From positions 14,310-78,061 of the forward strand of contig NMRA01000969.1 of assembly GCA_002633005.1 (NCBI GenBank): a stretch of 63,752 nt of DNA. Reading direction: 5' to 3'. The notes beneath the pieces are model-generated. The model was not told the origin of the DNA and ran no database searches. It saw only the letters and a program-made list of their open reading frames with translations. The stretch comes from Phoronis australis. Taxonomy: Eukaryota; Animalia; Phoronida. A program made the position numbers and the translations under genes. This document shows, piece after piece, positions 1-14,254 of the stretch; position 1 is the first letter of the stretch; each line of letters opens with the position of its first letter.

Positions 1-600
1 TGTATATCACATGGTCATCATCAAATAAGCTACACTGTATATCACATGGTCATCATCAAATAAGCTACACTGTGTATCACATGGTCATCATCAAATAAGC
101 TATACTGTGTATCACATGGTCATCATCAAATAAGTTACACTGTGTATCACATGGTCATCATCAAATAAGCTACACTGTGTATATCACATGGTCATCATCA
201 AATAAGCTACACTGTATATATCACATGGTCATCATCAAATAAGCTACACTGTGTATATCACATGGTCATCATCAAATAAGCTACACTGTATATCACATGG
301 TCATCATCAAATAAGCTAAACTGTGTATCACATGGTCATCATCAAATAAGCTACACTGTGTAGGTCACACAGACACCATCAAATAAGCTACACTGTGTAT
401 ATCACATGGACATCATCAAATAAGCTACACTGTATATCACATGGTCATCATCAAATAAGCTACACTGTATATCACATGGTCATCATCAAATAAGCTACTC
501 TGTGTAGGTCACATAGACACCATCAAATAAGCTACACTATGTATATCACGTGGACATCATCAAAAAAGCTACACTATGTAGGTCACAAAGTCATCATTAA
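1..600. repeat. Minisatellite, 35-37 bp unit
   Basis: About 16 copies of tgtatatcacatggtcatcatcaaataagctacac; the unit resumes at 1972-2018 and about 5010-5062. Confidence 0.95.
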
Positions 601-1971
601 GGATATTTCCAACTTTATTCACACAAATTGGCCATTTTTATAAAAATTTCACTTGTGTCTAGCAAAATACCTTATTTTCATTCTCGGGGAACTTCAAATA
701 CGAAATATATGCTGCGTAGCAGAACCACCTTGGAACCGCACAACCGCGGGGATATTTGTTTAGCACTTACCCAAGGTCAAAGGTATTTCAAGTAAATCGA
801 GTCTCCCGCCAGGTACAGAACATCTTCGGTATACCCTCAGTCCTTTCAATCACAAATTCGCCATAACACTGAACCAACGAGGTGTGGTTATGATAGAATA
901 GTCCCGGGGAAAACGAATACAAAACGTAGTTTTTATCCTAAGGGAGTTGTGGGTCTACATGCATACGACCGTTGACGTTGAAAACAAATGCTACGAGTTG
1001 CCTCAGGCCTCAGTCTGGTCATGAACACAGAAAGTTGAGAAAAGAGATAAATCCTCTCCCTTATTCCTTAATTCAATTATTAAGTTAACATTTCGATGTT
1101 TCAATTTCATGTTAATGACTTACTTTAACCACCAATTCAATTTTTGTTATCCATTTCTTACTTGGTTTGGTATCAGTCTCCCACGTGACGCGTACAGACT
1201 ATGAACTGTGACCTACTTTTCTAAGTAGGTCGTACAAAACGGCAAAAGTTGGCTGCGAAAGATAGGTCTGCCTGAGGTTTTAATGATATTTAAGTTAGTT
1301 AAGCACTGCAAAATTAGTTGACATTGCGAGAAAACATTGAAATAGGTGACATAGTTAAGGATTCTATAGGTTATGTATACAGAAAACAAGTTTTCACAGA
1401 ATTTTTCACGTGTCCTAGTTTAATCGGCTTTTTCTCGGCTTCGGCAAATCGACTTTATTTTAACTTAGAAACACGAGTTCTCGAAAATGGCTGGATGGAT
1501 TTCGCTGAAACTTTCCAAACTTAATATTTAGTCACCAATCTCAAAAACTCTGTTAGGATTTTTGATATAAAAGCTTAGTTTTTGTGTAATGTGACAAAGA
1601 CAAATACGACTTCAATTTTTTCAAAAATACCTTACGTTTTGCGAGTTGATTTGTTATAGAAACCAAACGAACAAACCAATCGAAAATTCCTAACAGCGTT
1701 TCTGAGGTAATTGATGAAGTTTTCATTTAAAAAAGGTTTCGTTAAAATCGAACGAGGGGTTATTTTGCTATGAATGTACCTTTCTTAAAAATGAAATTTT
1801 TACTTAAAAAAGCTTTTTACGTAAAAATAATGACAAATAAATACAAAAACTATATTTATATTCCCTGGTCTTTGTTCTTTCAGAAAATATTTACTTTTAC
1901 TAGTTGACAAAGCTTAGTTTTGTTGATATAAGTGGTAGAATGGAGGCCACTAAATAAGGTTGGACATAACC
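601..1971. mobile_element. Non-autonomous TTAA-targeting DNA transposon (Kolobok-like)
   Basis: TIR ggatatttccaactttatt / aataaggttggacataacc flanked by ttaa / tcaa; a homologous copy at about 58130-59168 ends ...atataacc|ttaa. Confidence 0.65.
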
Positions 1972-2079
1972 TCAAATAAGCTACACTATGTAGATCATAT
2001 GGACATCATCAAATAAGCCTGTTATACCACAATGTCAATCTCAAATGGCCAATACAACAGTGTAATAACGATGTGCTTC

Positions 2080-3715
2080 TAATGTTGCTTTTTGTTTCAT
2101 AAAAATAGCCACTAGATGGCGCAAAAACATCCAATCTACCTGACGACAGGAAAATGTCATCGCTTCTTTTATAGAAAGCTATTTACCAAATTTCAGAAAA
2201 ATCTGTCAAGGAACTTCAGAGAAACGAAGGAAAATGGAAAAAATGAAACTGCGACAATGGGGCACAGCGTTCATTGGATGGGCCTGAAAGATGTTGTCTG
2301 TTGTTAGCTTCGTATAAATACAATTACTAAGTTTAATAAAGATCATGCAGTGTGTTAAGGAGATGTAGCTATGGGCGCAAAACAAAACAAAACTATCACT
2401 AAGAGGCGCCACAGTAGCCGAATTCGTTATAGTCAACCGCCCACTTCACACTGAAAACATACACACCAATTTTCAAATTCATCCTTAGAACGGTTTGGTT
2501 GATCGAGGGGTGGATGCCAAAAAACAGACTCAAAAACAGGAAAAATGGCCACTAAGTGGTGCAAAATACCACGATTCCACCCGAAAACGTGAGAATAGCA
2601 TTATTTCACCAATAGAAGCCTATGTTCCAAATTTTCTGAAAATCTGTTGATGACCTTTAAAGATACAGACTGAGGTAAACCTAAAAAACTAAAATTACTA
2701 ATAGGGAGCACACTGGTAGTCAGATCCGTTCAAAAGCTCCTGTCATCCGTTGTGAACATAATATAAATACACTTGCTAAATTTAGCAAAGATCCTGCAAA
2801 CGGTTTAGGATATAAAGTCATGGGCGCATAAAAAAACTACCACTAGGAGGTGCCACAATAGTAGAAGTCGTTGGAAAATCAAGGTCAGCTTCCTAGTAAG
2901 AACATACATGACAATTTTCACAGTCATCCTTAGAACCGTTTAGTTGATAGAGAGTTGGATGTCAAACAACACTAAAAAACAGTAAAAATGGCCACTACGT
3001 GGCACAAACTACGTCATATTCATCCAAAAACGGGATGTTAGCATCATCTCACAAATAGATGTCTATACGCCAAATTTTATGGCAATACGTTGAGGACCTT
3101 TGACGATACAGAGGTAAATGGAAAAAAAACCTGAAATTGCCACTAGGGGACACACCGGTAGTCATATGCCTCGGAAAGTCGTCGTCATCCATTGTCAAAA
3201 TCATATAAATGTACTCGCTACATTTAATAAAGATCCTGCCAACAGTTTAGGAGATACAGCCATGAGCGCAAAAAAAACTGCCACTAGGAGGTGCCACAGG
3301 AGATGAAATCCTCGGAAAATCATCGTCAGCCGTCCTCTTCATGGTAAAAACATACATGCCAATTTTCACAATCACCCTTTGAGCGGTTTGGTTGATAGAG
3401 GGGCGGACGCCAAAAAACAGACTCGAAAACAGCAAAAATGGCCACTAGGTGGTGCAAACTTTGTTGAATCCATCCGAAAATGAAAGGATAGCGTCATCTG
3501 ACTAATAGACGCCTATATGCCAAATTAAATGAAAATACTTTGAGGACCTTTGATGATATAGAGGTAAGCGTAAAAAAATAAAATTGTCACTAGTGGGCAC
3601 ATCGGTAGTCCGATCTGTCCGAAAGTTCGCTCATGCCGTCCCATCCAAGAAAGAAACACGTGCAAATTTTAATGAACATATGTCAAAGGGTTTTGGAGAT
3701 AGAACAGTGGCGGAC
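2080..3715 (+). mobile_element. Non-autonomous Helentron/HINE-like repeat with about 450 bp internal tandem units
   Basis: Internal units carrying repeated ccactagRNggc motifs; same family as 21188-22274 and 39150-39350. Confidence 0.55.
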
Positions 3716-3719
3716 GTAG

Positions 3720-4565
3720 ATTGGAAATTTCAGGTCGCATGCTACGACTAAATAGAAGATGACCAAAATCTCGGCTCGCATTTTCAAAATTCAGGTCGCC
3801 AATGTGACCTGCAGCTCGTTATGCCTAGCGCCGAGTCCTGTTTCCAACAACACAGACTCAGTAAGGACGCTTTGCTCGTTGGAACAAACCACTGGTGACG
3901 GTTACCCGAATAATGAGGGCTTCGTCTTCGAATTATTTTTACCGATGCAGGTACTCGTGTATGAACTACTTCTTTCTCAGACTCTACTATACGGGTTCAC
4001 TAGACTCATCCCATTCATAGTCTTAGTGTTTTTTAACATTAAAATCTTAAGCACTTTTTTGAGTAATGCCTTTGCGGTAACTTTTGATTGACGATTGGCT
4101 TATGTCTGCCAACCTCCGATGGAAGGTCAAAATAAAACAGCCGTAGAACCTTACGTTGAAAATGTCATTGAATCAAGGAGTCTCTTACATAAACATCCCA
4201 AGCGCAAAAAAACACCTGAATTAGTTTTTCAAACTGTAATTACAAATAATTTAAAACTGCTCTCTAACTCAGAACTTGACAACTAACTCGTGACTCTGCT
4301 GTGACCTAAGCAGCACGTGAAGCTTGCAAGCGCGCACTTTGCTCTGTCACCATGTCAGTGAGTATAGCTGCAATCCAAGTGGAGCGCTGCATAGTCACTG
4401 GTCGTCTGCGCTCTACAGGTACAGCTCTAACAAGACGGCAGGACGGCACGGGCTATTACTCAGCAATTTGGTAAATTAAACAGAAATAATTAATCTGAGG
4501 GCAACAGAACCTTTGTTGGGATCATCAGCTGTTATGACATTTTTACCGTCATTTGGCGACGTGGC
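3720..4565 (-). mobile_element. Interspersed repeat fragments (hAT-like MITE end plus a second family), inverted relative to the copies at about 30700-32540
   Basis: 3720-3835 is the reverse complement of the 27707/31865/62911 family; 4490-4560 is the reverse complement of about 30990-31060. Confidence 0.6.
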
Positions 4566-5552
4566 GAAAGCTCGGAAAAGTGCTACGCGTTCCAACTACG
4601 TGTGGGGACTGGGACCATGAGGTAAGATTAACCGCCCAGGGCAGTTGTTTGTCGTAATAAGCGCCTATGTTCGGTTAACCGCCCACCCCCGATTTCTAGA
4701 AATTTCACGTTTAAGCGCCCATGTCTGGTTAACCGCCCACCCCCGATTTTCTGGGTTTGCCAATTTAACCGCTCAGAGCGTTAACCCAACCGTTTACGGT
4801 AGAAACAAAGTGGAGGCGAGTCAAGAAAGGTAGATTGATTCATTGCAATGTTTCTCGTTCAGTATGTGGTTTAAATAGATTATTACATGTTCTCAGTCGT
4901 TATCCCCCTTATCTAGAGCCCTTGTGGATTTTCGAGAACAATCGCCTGAAAATCCACTCGGGCTCTAGAATACGGGTGAAGACAATTTGGCCATGTAATA
5001 ATCTATATCTATGTAGATCAATGGACATCATCAAATAGGCTAAACCATGTAGATCACATGGTGTCAACACGAGTTTTAAAATGATTCACTTCCATTACAA
5101 AGATTTTTTTAACCATGTACGTCTTTTTCATCATGACAGGAAAATTTGCGACGTATCTTGCGTGGTTTAGCACCCATTTTAACATAGGTTATAAATACCG
5201 TCTTAGCTAAGGTGGATGAACTTCAAGTTTAATATGCACAAAGTTGATAAAAATGTGGCTCGTTAAGTCTAAAGATAATTGTTAAGTCTCAAGGTAAACC
5301 TTAAGGATAAATGTTCAAGTCAATTGCATAGTTTCTGTTCTTTCAAACAATTCAACGTTGCATTCACATTTAAGTGCCTAGAATGCTCATAGCAGCAACC
5401 ACACTTATGAACTTCGATAAAACGGGTCCCTGGTTTATAATTTAGCTTTTAGATAGTGAGCAATACAGAATTCTGAGGTGGTATTTTCATAAAAGAGTAG
5501 ACAGTACGTCTGAACAGAAGGCCGACTAGACTGTTTAAAATGAGTTTCCTAC

Positions 5553-5825
5553 CTGCAGTCTTACAAATGATTAATTCTGGCCAATCACTTGCCATCACCA
5601 TAGTCACAAATAACTGTAATTGGAATGATAAAAAGGTTGATGTTCTGTTTGATATGGGGTCAAATGATAGCAAGGTAGAAAAGGTGTCAGACGAGTGTTC
5701 ACCTGACTTTTTCAGATGAGAGATTACTTGTCTGATCAGAACGCATGTGAAAGCTATACAAAACAAGAATTCTGGTATATATTTAAAATATTGTGTCTTG
5801 GCAGCCAACGGTAAGACATACACAA
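5553..5825 (-). pseudogene. Possible decayed exon-8 copy (frameshifted)
   Basis: tttgcag acceptor, ...SFVRLQ|gtagg end, and SGEHSSDTFSTLLSF...STFLSFQLQ in register with 8a/8e; but 273 bp, wrong phase, and the alignment is by eye only. Confidence 0.3.
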
Positions 5826-5987
5826 CTGCAAACACAGACACAAGCACAGTCAGTCGGAAAATGTACAGTCATAGAGAGGTAATCACTTTGTACCTTCTTC
5901 AAGCACGCGTGCACACACCCACACGCACATGTACTAAGACTTACACACACACGCACGCACACGCACACACTCATCTTTTCAACTAAC

Positions 5988-6237
5988 CTCAAGCCTTCGA
6001 AACGTCACTTGAGTAACGCTAATGTAAACAAAGCAATAGGCTAGCCTGTCCGAGACCAAACTTTTAAGAATATTGTAATAGACAAGGCAATTGACTAGTA
6101 CATTGCTGGACAACACGAAGCCACATAGAAGTAGTACACCAACAGATGGAAGTAGTAGTAGATGGCGAGTCAGCCACAGTAGAAGCAATACTATAGCACT
6201 GTACCAGCAACTTCCACGCAAATAAAGCAGCTCTGCC
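5988..6237 (-). CDS. ABCC4: ABCC4-like alternative exon 8g
   Basis: ttgtttgttctag|G...GAG|gttag, exactly 250 bp, open; AELLYLRGSCWYSAIVLLLLWLTRHLLLLPSVGVLLLCGFVLSSNVLVNCLVYYNILKSLVSDRLAYCFVYISVTQVTFRRLE. Confidence 0.82.
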
Positions 6238-9200
6238 CTAGAACAAACAAGAAATAGCTTAGTCCCAAAAAAAGAGAACACGGAAACCAACAGCACGAGG
6301 AGAGACACTGGTGGCCATGAGCGGTCTCGGAGCTTTGATATGTATCCACACTAGCACATCGCAAACTGCAAAGCATCATGGTTAATTGGTAATTTGAAGT
6401 GAATACAACCTGAACATCGATTGATAATATTCTGCAGGGAAAACCTTCATTGTCAATAACAAAAATGGATAGAATCAGGAAGCTCAATCAAGCCCGTTAA
6501 GGCAGTAGAAGACCAGTGTTTTCCCTGGGTTTAGAAAGGAGCGTAGTTGTGAATGGTCAAAACGCAAGGCAAAGCCAATTGCCGCATGTGAGTGTGGAAG
6601 TGAGATCCCTGTATTGCCTAGGTTTCTAAAGGAGCATGGTCTTGAATGGTTGCAGCGGATGCAATACTCAGCGCCTTACGTGAGAACTGGAAGTGAGATA
6701 CTCCTATGGGGGTTTGGTAGGAAGCCTTCCAAGGCAAAATTTGAAAAACTAGAGGTAATTTGGTGCATTCTAGTGCATTCTACAAGTGAACTCATAGACA
6801 GGACCTTAACTCGAGCATCATCCACAACGTGCTATACATAGAATGAAAAAATTAAACTTTTAAGGCATAATAAACTAATTTGTATTATGAAACTTCAGAT
6901 GATATCGTCTGGCATAGCAGACGATGCATAATCCAGTCTTTGCAGAAGAATCCATTCAATATTATTTTAGCACTGGGCTATGGTTCATTAAACTGTAGCC
7001 GTGTGACTTGGGCGTATTCATTATTCCTAGCCATTATTTTTACAAGCGAATTTTGCGTGGCGGTGAAGTTTCCTCCATCACGATTAGGGGAATGATGAGC
7101 ATGATTTACGAGTGGCGGGGCTTTTCATGCAGGGGAAGCAGTGTAACACAAGGTGTTTGTACTTATACATAAATATTTTGTCAAAATCAAAAAAATCCGT
7201 CAAAAAAACTTTATGACAGAGGGTGCCGCGGCATGGCCTCGCTCGCTCGATGTGGAATTTTTTTTGAACGAGTCAAGCCAAACGTTTCCACCACACGTCA
7301 TATTTCTTCAGGAACCCTCAACTACTTTGACAAATAATCGGAAGACAAAAAACAATGAATAGACGGACGGGATGCCTACTAAATCCATCCACATGAATGT
7401 GTGGATGGATAACAAAGATATAGCCATGGCTCTACCAAAGAGCCACTGAAGCAGGGGTAACCTCCATTACCTGCACATTTATGGATGGGGGAATTGTCAA
7501 GATCAGGACACTACAGAGCATGGAGAAGCGCAGGTTTTGCAGTGCAATGTAGGGTTCTCCATGGGATGAGTTCTGTTTACTCTTCAAAATTCAGCGGTTG
7601 ACTTTGTACCCTCACTGAATTTTCCAGATTACCAGATTGATATTAGACTGATGCTCATTTACATACATTAATTCATATCAACCAATTCTATGAATTCATA
7701 TCGATGGTATAATATGATATTATATATGGCTGATGAGAACTCACAAGGCCCTTTCACACTAATGTTGATGCGCTGATGTTTTGGGGAGTTGCGGTCGATA
7801 TGAATGGTTAAATTTGGACCTGGATCGTCAGCTAAATTTGCAAGAAACAGGTGGATTTAGAAGGGGAGCGTCCATGCTACCATGCGGTCAACTTTGGTCC
7901 CATCGACAGGGGCCACTGTTTTTGCCAACTAGAGGCTAGTGTCGACGCTAATAGTTACTTACATTTCACTTGAATAATCACCAATCGAATTAGAAATAAG
8001 TATGACAATTAGCAAAACAATGTAAACGTCCTCCAATTATTATATTACAAAAAATCTTAGCACACACGCAATGCATTAGCGCTACCTTGTGATCACTTTG
8101 ATGACGACAGTATCACTTAAACCATTTATTTCGATGTCCATTAACTACCAAAGCCGGTATGAACGGTTCAGTTAACTTCGTAGTTTACATCGATGCTCCA
8201 CTCAGACCGGGGTTAAGTCAGTATGAAAGGGTCTACAATAACAGCTGGTGCAATGTTTCAGGCAATGGGGCTATTCGGAAAATCTACAATAACTAGAGGG
8301 CGTGCGTGTACTAGTGGTGATAGATTAACAGCCTCGATTTCGCGAGCCCTTTAAATACATGGTGAAATGCCTTGCAGGCGTGCCAACTGAATCTGAGATT
8401 GCGTAAAAAGGGTGTTTCTATGAGAGGAAGTAAGCACGACCTCATACAAAGGTAAGGTTTGTGATCATTTTAACGATTATTCCATGATTATTCTACCGAT
8501 GCCTGTTAACTGAGGCACTCACCGATGTAGACTTCGCGGCAGTCAGTCGCCAGCCAGAGTCTGGTTAATCTTTGTATGTTGTGATATCTGATACGATACT
8601 TGACGTAGTAATCGGGATCTTTTCGTACATCATAACATTATTATTGTTTGGAATGATTTCTAAAAGTTTATCAGTGACAGTTACATCAATCAATGCTGAA
8701 TATTTATGCTGTCAACTCGATACAGGTTAACTTTGAGTTAAGATTAGAATCCAATCCCAATGGCAAAGGGTACGTGAGTGATAAATATCCATTGCATTAG
8801 ACTATTTGTTTACTACCTAGTATCATATGTCTTCTGGAAATCCATTACACGTTGAAATGGAAATCTATCATGTCAGTTTTCATGTAACCTTTGGTTTTTA
8901 GGTTTGAAGGCTTGTACCGTGCAGAGGAGATATGCATCGCTTCTGCACCGTCCCTGAATGGACAAAAATTGGTTTTTAGCATTTGACTGCAGCTAACCAA
9001 CAAGATCTTCCCATCCAGTGCAGATCTATTGTCAAAGCCTACTTTCAATATTGGAGACAACGAACAAAGCCTTTGAAAAGGAACAGCTATTTTTAAAGTC
9101 ATTTTGTTAAATTACTTATTCAGGTCCCGAGGGGGGATTGGCATGGGGGGTTGTAATATTTGGTACAACTGAATGTGTGGAAATAACAGGTAATACATGT

Positions 9201-12200
9201 TTGGGGAAAAGAGCATGGTGAGGTAATTCTTAACCTTCACGAAGTCCCTTCAAGTTGATTTCATGAAACTGTTTTGCTACTTGTATCAATTGTAAAACCA
9301 CGAAAATATATTACATTTTCCGAATTCACAGTGACTGAATAGTCTTAACTCATGCCTTGAAATGTTGCAAGTCGTTATAAATTCAAATGACTGCCATTTT
9401 TGTGAAAATTGCATTTTTGATGGTGCCTTACGATTTGTAATTACTCTTAAACAACAGAAAGATTATCCATCATTTTTAAATGACCCAAGTCTTCATATCT
9501 TCTATTAGAAGAAAAACGGTTCCCTCAACCTTAGGCTAGAAGTATGCTTGACAGACCCATGAACCTGTAATCTGAGTTTAAAATTGCTGAAAGTATCAAA
9601 ATTAAAAAGGCTTGAAAATGGGTAACAAAGGTTTGAAGTTGTCTCAAAAAACTTGTATATTTTACAGACAAGTGATGCGTTTAAAGAATTGTTATGGCTA
9701 GGGATAAAAAATAAAGACACAGTTTTATGCAATACTCATTATATACACCCTTGGTTTCTGAAAATAGTAATTATTTACTTTTATGTGAAACTGTAGACCA
9801 ATCACCATATATTTTTGAAAAACAGGGATAACATTTTTGATCCAATCTGGAGTACTTAATTATTCATATTTCAATATTTGTTCCAGGTTCAGTGACATTT
9901 TAAGGCCACTTCAAGCTGTATCATAGACAAGCTTTGTTACTCCGTTCTCTTCCCACAGCACTTCCACACACCAGCAGTGCTGCATGGCACAATGTGCAAG
10001 TCAGTGGCCCTGGAGAAATGTGAATCGCAGTACTAAGTTACCATAAGACAATGTGCCAGTGGAGTGTCTGTGTATCCAGACGAACTATATCTGACTGCTA
10101 CACAAATAAGCCTTGTTGGTGAGGATGCCCTTTCATAGGCAATGAGTCATGTGTGGACAATAGCTTATTTCCTTTCCTGGAAGAAACATGAGGGACTGAA
10201 GCTAAAGAAGACCTAGTCACACTCTGGTCTAGTTCAGAGTCTGATTTTGGGCTCAAAACGATTCAAGTGATATGCTGCTGTGTTTACCTTCAAGGGTCTA
10301 ATTGTGGATGTTATTGAGGCTGAATGAGGTTACATGAAAGAAAGCCACGTGTTGAAACTGGACCTTTTTTACAAGCGCTTCTATAGGCCATTGAAACTAG
10401 AACCCAGTGAAATGAAAGCCAAAAGCTGAGTGACATTAAATTTTCCTTTCAGAAGAAAGGCTTTATACTATTGGTAAAAACTTTTCAATTTGGTACAGAT
10501 TATGGGGAAATGACATTCAGTGACTGCATCGATTGTCTTATTGTATGTTTTCAATTGTAGCTAGCTGGATAAGAATCTGCTATGCACAAGATTCGAGAAT
10601 AAACAATTATCAGTGTATTTAAAAACAAATGGCAAACTGAAAAAGCACAGAAAGAAACAACATTGCGAGGGAGTCCATAATCAGGCATATCAGGTGCTGA
10701 ATTTCTGAATTACGTTCAATTCTCTCAGGTTATTGCTGAAGGATTGCTTTTCACTTTGTCCAACGGTGAAATAGATGGTCAGGCGGTTGGTTTCAGTTGT
10801 TTTTTCTTGCCTGTAACAGAATAGAAATATTAGCAAATTGTAAAAGAAAAGACAAGACAAAACTACTTTTGTAAGGCAGAACATACTTGACATTTCATCT
10901 TCATGTTTATGTGTAGAAACTAATAACCTTTGTACCCAAGTCTTATTTAATATCTGAATTAAAATATGTGAAACAGGCTAAAAGTGATTTAACAATGTGT
11001 ATTTTTCATGACACTTAAAATGTGCTTCTGATCTCAACAAGTAAAATTCATTCTAGGAGTCAATTTTTTTCCAATGCAATGTTACGACATTTACTGAATT
11101 AAGGCTTATTCATGTTAATTTGAAACTGAGCTGGTGGTCCTGGGGGTGGGGTCCACGATAAAATAATGAAACTCAATCATCTCGAGAATTTTATTGGAAA
11201 CAGCGTAATTTTGAAGAGAAACTGCTGTGAAAAGTCACTCTTGACTTCTGTGCATCACGTACCATACACCTCTTATTTTGGGAGCACTCCCACCCAGGAC
11301 AATATGAATATGTGCTGCTAGCCTACCCGGCATCGGGTGAGTTTCCAAAAAGAAACACTTAGTTCCACTCAATAAAACTGTTATTCAGTGGGGTAACTGG
11401 TGGGGATAACATCACCAAATGATGTTGATAGAAACTGGTTGCTAAAAACTTACCAAGTAATGTTGTGTAGTCTCTGAATGGAACTGCATAGTCATAGAGC
11501 ACACACGGGGCTTCAGCATCCACACACTTTTTGTCAGTTAGTTGACCCTGTCGACCGCACTTGTCCACGAATATAGTAAACTTAGGTCTTTTGGGAATTT
11601 GTCGCCACCTGTCGAAGACTTGCACCAGGGAAATTAGCAGTAATAGGGTTTACTGCGACGACGTATTTTGATAAAAATTCCATCTTTTACCAGTTGTTTA
11701 CATGCAGACAGCCACGCATGCGCAATTCAATCACCACTAGTACAGCAGCGACACCGCGAGGAGAATTCTCCGAATAGCCCCATTGTCATTAATTGTCATA
11801 ATCAAGTTAAAAGTGAGGATGTTTGTATCAGAGAGTGGCCCTTGGTGGTTGTCCAACACCACCTGGTGGCTGTTACATGGGAGGAGGCACTGGTGAATGG
11901 CTGCTAATTCAGCGGTTCTCTACACATCATCTGAAAGTGCTCTCACACAAAATGGACGTTAGGTGGCACTGCAGTAGTCAGATCCAGCCAAAAAGCAAAT
12001 GGTGCCATGGCAATTTCATCATAAACCAATAGATCAAGTTTTAATGAAATCCACCAATCACAATGCTAGATATCATCCAGAAACGTTTTCCCCAAAATAT
12101 CACTTGAAAAAACCTTCGTCGAGAATAAAATGGCCACGAGGATGTGCCGCAGTAGCCACATCTGGCTGAAACACTCTTCCCACAGAAATAAAGAGAAAGG

Positions 12201-14150
12201 TGATGTCTCCCTGACCCCAAGACCAGGCAGATTGAAAAAAAAAACATGAACCGCTCTAGTGATGCCCGTCACGCTTATGCCAAATTTCATCAAAATCCAA
12301 CTAGGAGTTTTTGAGATATCAAGTGAACATACAGACGCCTGGACAAAGTGATGACAATACACGACTACACATACATATACGTGTGAGTGTGTTTGTGTGT
12401 GTGTGTGTGAAATTACCATTTTTAATATTTATTGCTTGTCATGAATTCTCATGATGATCAAGTGAAAGTGAGTCATATCCTGTTTTTTCATTGAACTCTG
12501 GCAAAAGGAAGAGTTGTTACATAATAGTTCCTATAAGTAGTGACCTCAGCATATCAATGTTATTGTTTTAGTGCATCTGGTTGTCTGGTAAACAAGTCAT
12601 TTTCCATATATGGCATGCCAGGACAAGATTGTGGAATTCCATTCATAAAAGTTTACTATTTGTGTTGACATCACAGGAACTGACTCAAATACACCCAAAA
12701 CCCACACATATATAGTTGCTATATATACTGTAGTTAGGGCCAATAAACTTTGTGTGTTCTTATAGCCTTCAATCGATGTAGTCAGTTTTTATCTCCATCT
12801 AACAAGCAACGAACCGGTTAGACTCCACAGCAGTCTACAACCTCATCAAATACCCCACATTGCTATCTCAACTTGAAGTACTGATGGAAACAAACTGTAG
12901 CAGACGAATAAACACAAATATACGGTACAATGAAAGCGCTCCGAGGAGCGAAACTTGGCGAAATTAACAGAAACGACGACGACAGAGATGATGACGGAGA
13001 TGACGGATATGACCACGATGGTGGCGATGATGAACAATTCAAGTAATGATAACATTCCTATGACGAATGTAGAGGTCAGAAATCAGTAAGAAATGGGATA
13101 CAGTCTTGAGCGACACTTGGCGAAATTACCTGAAAAGACGACGGAGATGCTGAAAAAGATGACGAATATGATGTTGATGGTGGCGATGATAAACAACATC
13201 ATAACATTCATGACGAACTTAGATGTCATAAATCAGTAAGAAATAGGCTACAGTCTTGTTCAATAAAAGCTAAACCAACATCAATGCAGCAAGAGCACTC
13301 AACAAAGGAGCAGCGCTATCAGAAAATCTCGAATAACTCAAAAAGTAGACGTCCTAGCAAAAAATGGAAAATAACTTCTGAAAGCCCATTCAAAACTTTA
13401 CCTAAAAGGTTAGTTGTGCAAAATTCTGTAATTTTTTTTTGAAAAAAAATGAAATTTTGCAGGTTTTTTAAATTAAGTCAAATAACTCGAAAACACTAAG
13501 TCTGAGAAAAAATTGTTACAGTTCATTTGAAAGATTATACCTCAAAGAATCTAAATGCAAAAATTCACGTCATTTTCTCTTGCCGTTTAAAAATGGCATC
13601 CCAGCACGACTGAAAATGGGTCAACATGCGCCAGATCCGCATTAGCTCGGAATGATAGCATGTCATAAGAAACTAGTACTTGAAAAAAATCGACGGAATT
13701 GGTCCTATATTGCGCCCTCTACCGGAGAAAACGTTTTTACCCTGGAATCGAAGTGCGCATGCGCCATGGCCAATAATTCCGCCATCTTTGACCGGAAGTT
13801 CGCGATTTTTTACATATGGATAGCACTTGCCTAGTTCTGTGTATTTACCGATTTTGTGTTGTGTACTTAAATAATTGCTGCTTCTTTGGGCATTTGAATC
13901 TTAAATTGTAAACAAAGTGACCGCCATGTCCGCCATTTTGAAACCAGTCATTACCGAAAACAATAGGCTTCCAGCACTTCCGGAGATACAAGACATGTGC
14001 AAACTTCGTGGGAATCGGTCAAAAATGCAACCTGTAGAGTGCGAACAAACAAAAAAAGGAAAAAACTTGACGTCAGAGCAAAATACTTGGCCAAGTAATA
14101 AGCGATGCTACACCCACAATATAAAATTGATGTATATCTTTGCAACAAAC

Positions 14151-14254
14151 CTTCAGTCGTTCAAAGGTTACACTAGTCGCACTGATGTGTATCAAGCAAT
14201 ACGCAATCCTGTCCGAGATCAAGCCTTTGAAAACAATGTAAAAGTTGAGACAAG
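14151..14254 (-). CDS. ABCC4: ABCC4-like alternative exon 8f, 3' part only (5' part hidden in the N gap; acceptor expected near 14400)
   Basis: ...CLNFYIVFKGLISDRIAYCLIHISATSVTFERLK|gtttg; clearly homologous in DNA and protein to the 3' half of exon 8g. Confidence 0.72.

Noticed and set aside
1-600. Regular 35 bp repeats that could suggest a CRISPR array
   Set aside because: Head-to-tail units with no unique spacers, eukaryotic intron context, no cas genes.
6410-6510. RILSIDVQ|GTTG resembling SIDRLQ|GTT
   Set aside because: Too short, out of register, and bounded upstream by a repeat at 6514.
9565-9757. Minus-strand segment ending FKLRLQ|GTT with an upstream AG, resembling an exon-8 end
   Set aside because: Only 193 bp, in-frame TAA TGA, weak similarity; an RLQ|GT motif can occur by chance in 50 kb. 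At most a relic.
10690-10811. Strong acceptor followed by QEKTTETNR...stop, a possible alternative terminal exon
   Set aside because: No homology to ABCC sequence and no other support.
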